Shown here in pieces: positions 63,524-64,000 of a stretch of DNA of 64,000 nucleotides. Source of the stretch: Actinomycetota bacterium. GTDB taxonomy: Bacteria > Actinomycetota > Thermoleophilia > Gaiellales > Gaiellaceae. The stretch spans positions 536-64,535 of the forward strand of contig JBKPRX010000011.1 in assembly GCA_046734795.1 (NCBI GenBank), written 5' to 3'. A model generated the notes under the pieces. The model was not told the origin of the DNA. It saw nothing but the letters and a program-made list of their open reading frames with translations, and made no database searches. Every line of letters starts with the position of its first letter. The stretch's first letter is position 1. The position numbers were made by a program, and so were the translations under genes.

Positions 63524-64000
63524 GACGTGCGGTGGTCACCGGCGGTGCAGGCTTCATCGGCGCGAACCTCGTTTCGCGGCTCGTCGAGGACGGGCTAGAG
63601 GTGGTCGTTCTCGACAGCCTCGTGCGGCCGGGATCCGAGCGGAACCTCATGTGGCTCGAGCGGACGTACGGCCGCGCCATCGAGTTCGTGCACGGCGACG
63701 TCCGCGACGCGCAGGTCGTCCGGCGTGCCGTACGGAGTGCCGACCGTGTCTTCCATCTCGCGGCGCAGGTCGCGGTCACGACGTCGCTCGACGACCCTGT
63801 CGACGATTGCGACGTGAACGTCCGCGGGACGTTGACGCTGCTCGAGGAGCTGCGCCGGCTGGACGTGGCGCCGTTCGTCCTCTTCACCTCGACGAACAAG
63901 GTGTACGGGCCGCTCCCCGACATTCCGCTCGAACTCGACGGCGCCCGATGGCTGCCCACCGATCCGTCGCTGCGCACGAACGGCCTCGACGAGGAACGCC
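63520..64000 (+). CDS. NAD-dependent epimerase/dehydratase (5' part; runs off window)
   Basis: Absent from the track because no stop lies inside the window. The product reads MRRAVVTGGAGFIGANLVSRLVEDGLEVVVLDSL...FVHGDVRD...VFHLAAQVAVTTS...FTSTNKVYG. Confidence 0.85.
   Translation, partial: MRRAVVTGGAGFIGANLVSRLVEDGLEVVVLDSLVRPGSERNLMWLERTYGRAIEFVHGDVRDAQVVRRAVRSADRVFHLAAQVAVTTSLDDPVDDCDVNVRGTLTLLEELRRLDVAPFVLFTSTNKVYGPLPDIPLELDGARWLPTDPSLRTNGLDEER

Overview
High-GC (roughly 70% by eye) chromosomal segment. Gene content suggests an Actinomycetota genome, possibly Thermoleophilia/Rubrobacteria-like; this placement is an inference and was not searched. I support about 75 tightly packed protein-coding genes on both strands. 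I recognised no rRNA, tRNA, CRISPR array, transposase, integrase or phage structural gene. Many long ORFs in the supplied track are Arg/Asp/Glu/His-rich antisense shadows of the real genes, as expected at this GC content. Two real genes were missing from the track because they run off the window edges: ppk at the left and an epimerase at the right.

Left to right, the window holds:
- ppk, an orphan histidine kinase and an MBL hydrolase, followed by a holin-4/alkaline-phosphatase fusion.
- A long run of small membrane proteins (PLDc_N, SHOCT, DUF7144-like, NfeD, UPF0104, GAP, a K+ channel, an AI-2E transporter). It also contains an MFS exporter and two tandem PAS-LuxR regulators.
- A regulatory island with two tandem LAL/STAND-LuxR regulators, a CheY-like receiver, two NarL regulators and a MASE1 kinase.
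- A tightly coupled four-gene envelope operon directly downstream of that two-component pair.
- A receiver-like/TrxR-like fusion, an argininosuccinate-lyase-like gene divergent from lon, and HxlR plus an ABC exporter.
- A beta-oxidation-type cluster, an AraC/cupin/methyltransferase group and a PadR/methyltransferase pair.
- A second MFS exporter, a MerR-TOBE regulator with modABC, a DUF2294 pair, and assorted oxidoreductases.

Main second-look items:
- Three genes whose conserved N-termini lie upstream of any ATG/GTG/TTG. Their candidate CTG starts include two fused to an upstream stop codon as CTGA, both in UPF0104 paralogs.
- An in-frame TAA inside a SAM-methyltransferase.
- A palindrome that contains both start codons of the divergent PadR/methyltransferase pair.
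- Redox-dead thioredoxin-system relatives: CGPC replaced by SGSS, and a TrxR fusion lacking both CxxC and the phospho-Asp.
- Recurrent uncharacterised paralog sets.
- Palindromic motifs in the lon upstream region.

I see no single clear-cut novel system. The best candidates are the two-component-linked four-gene envelope operon and the DUF2294/Cys-His/Trx-like module.
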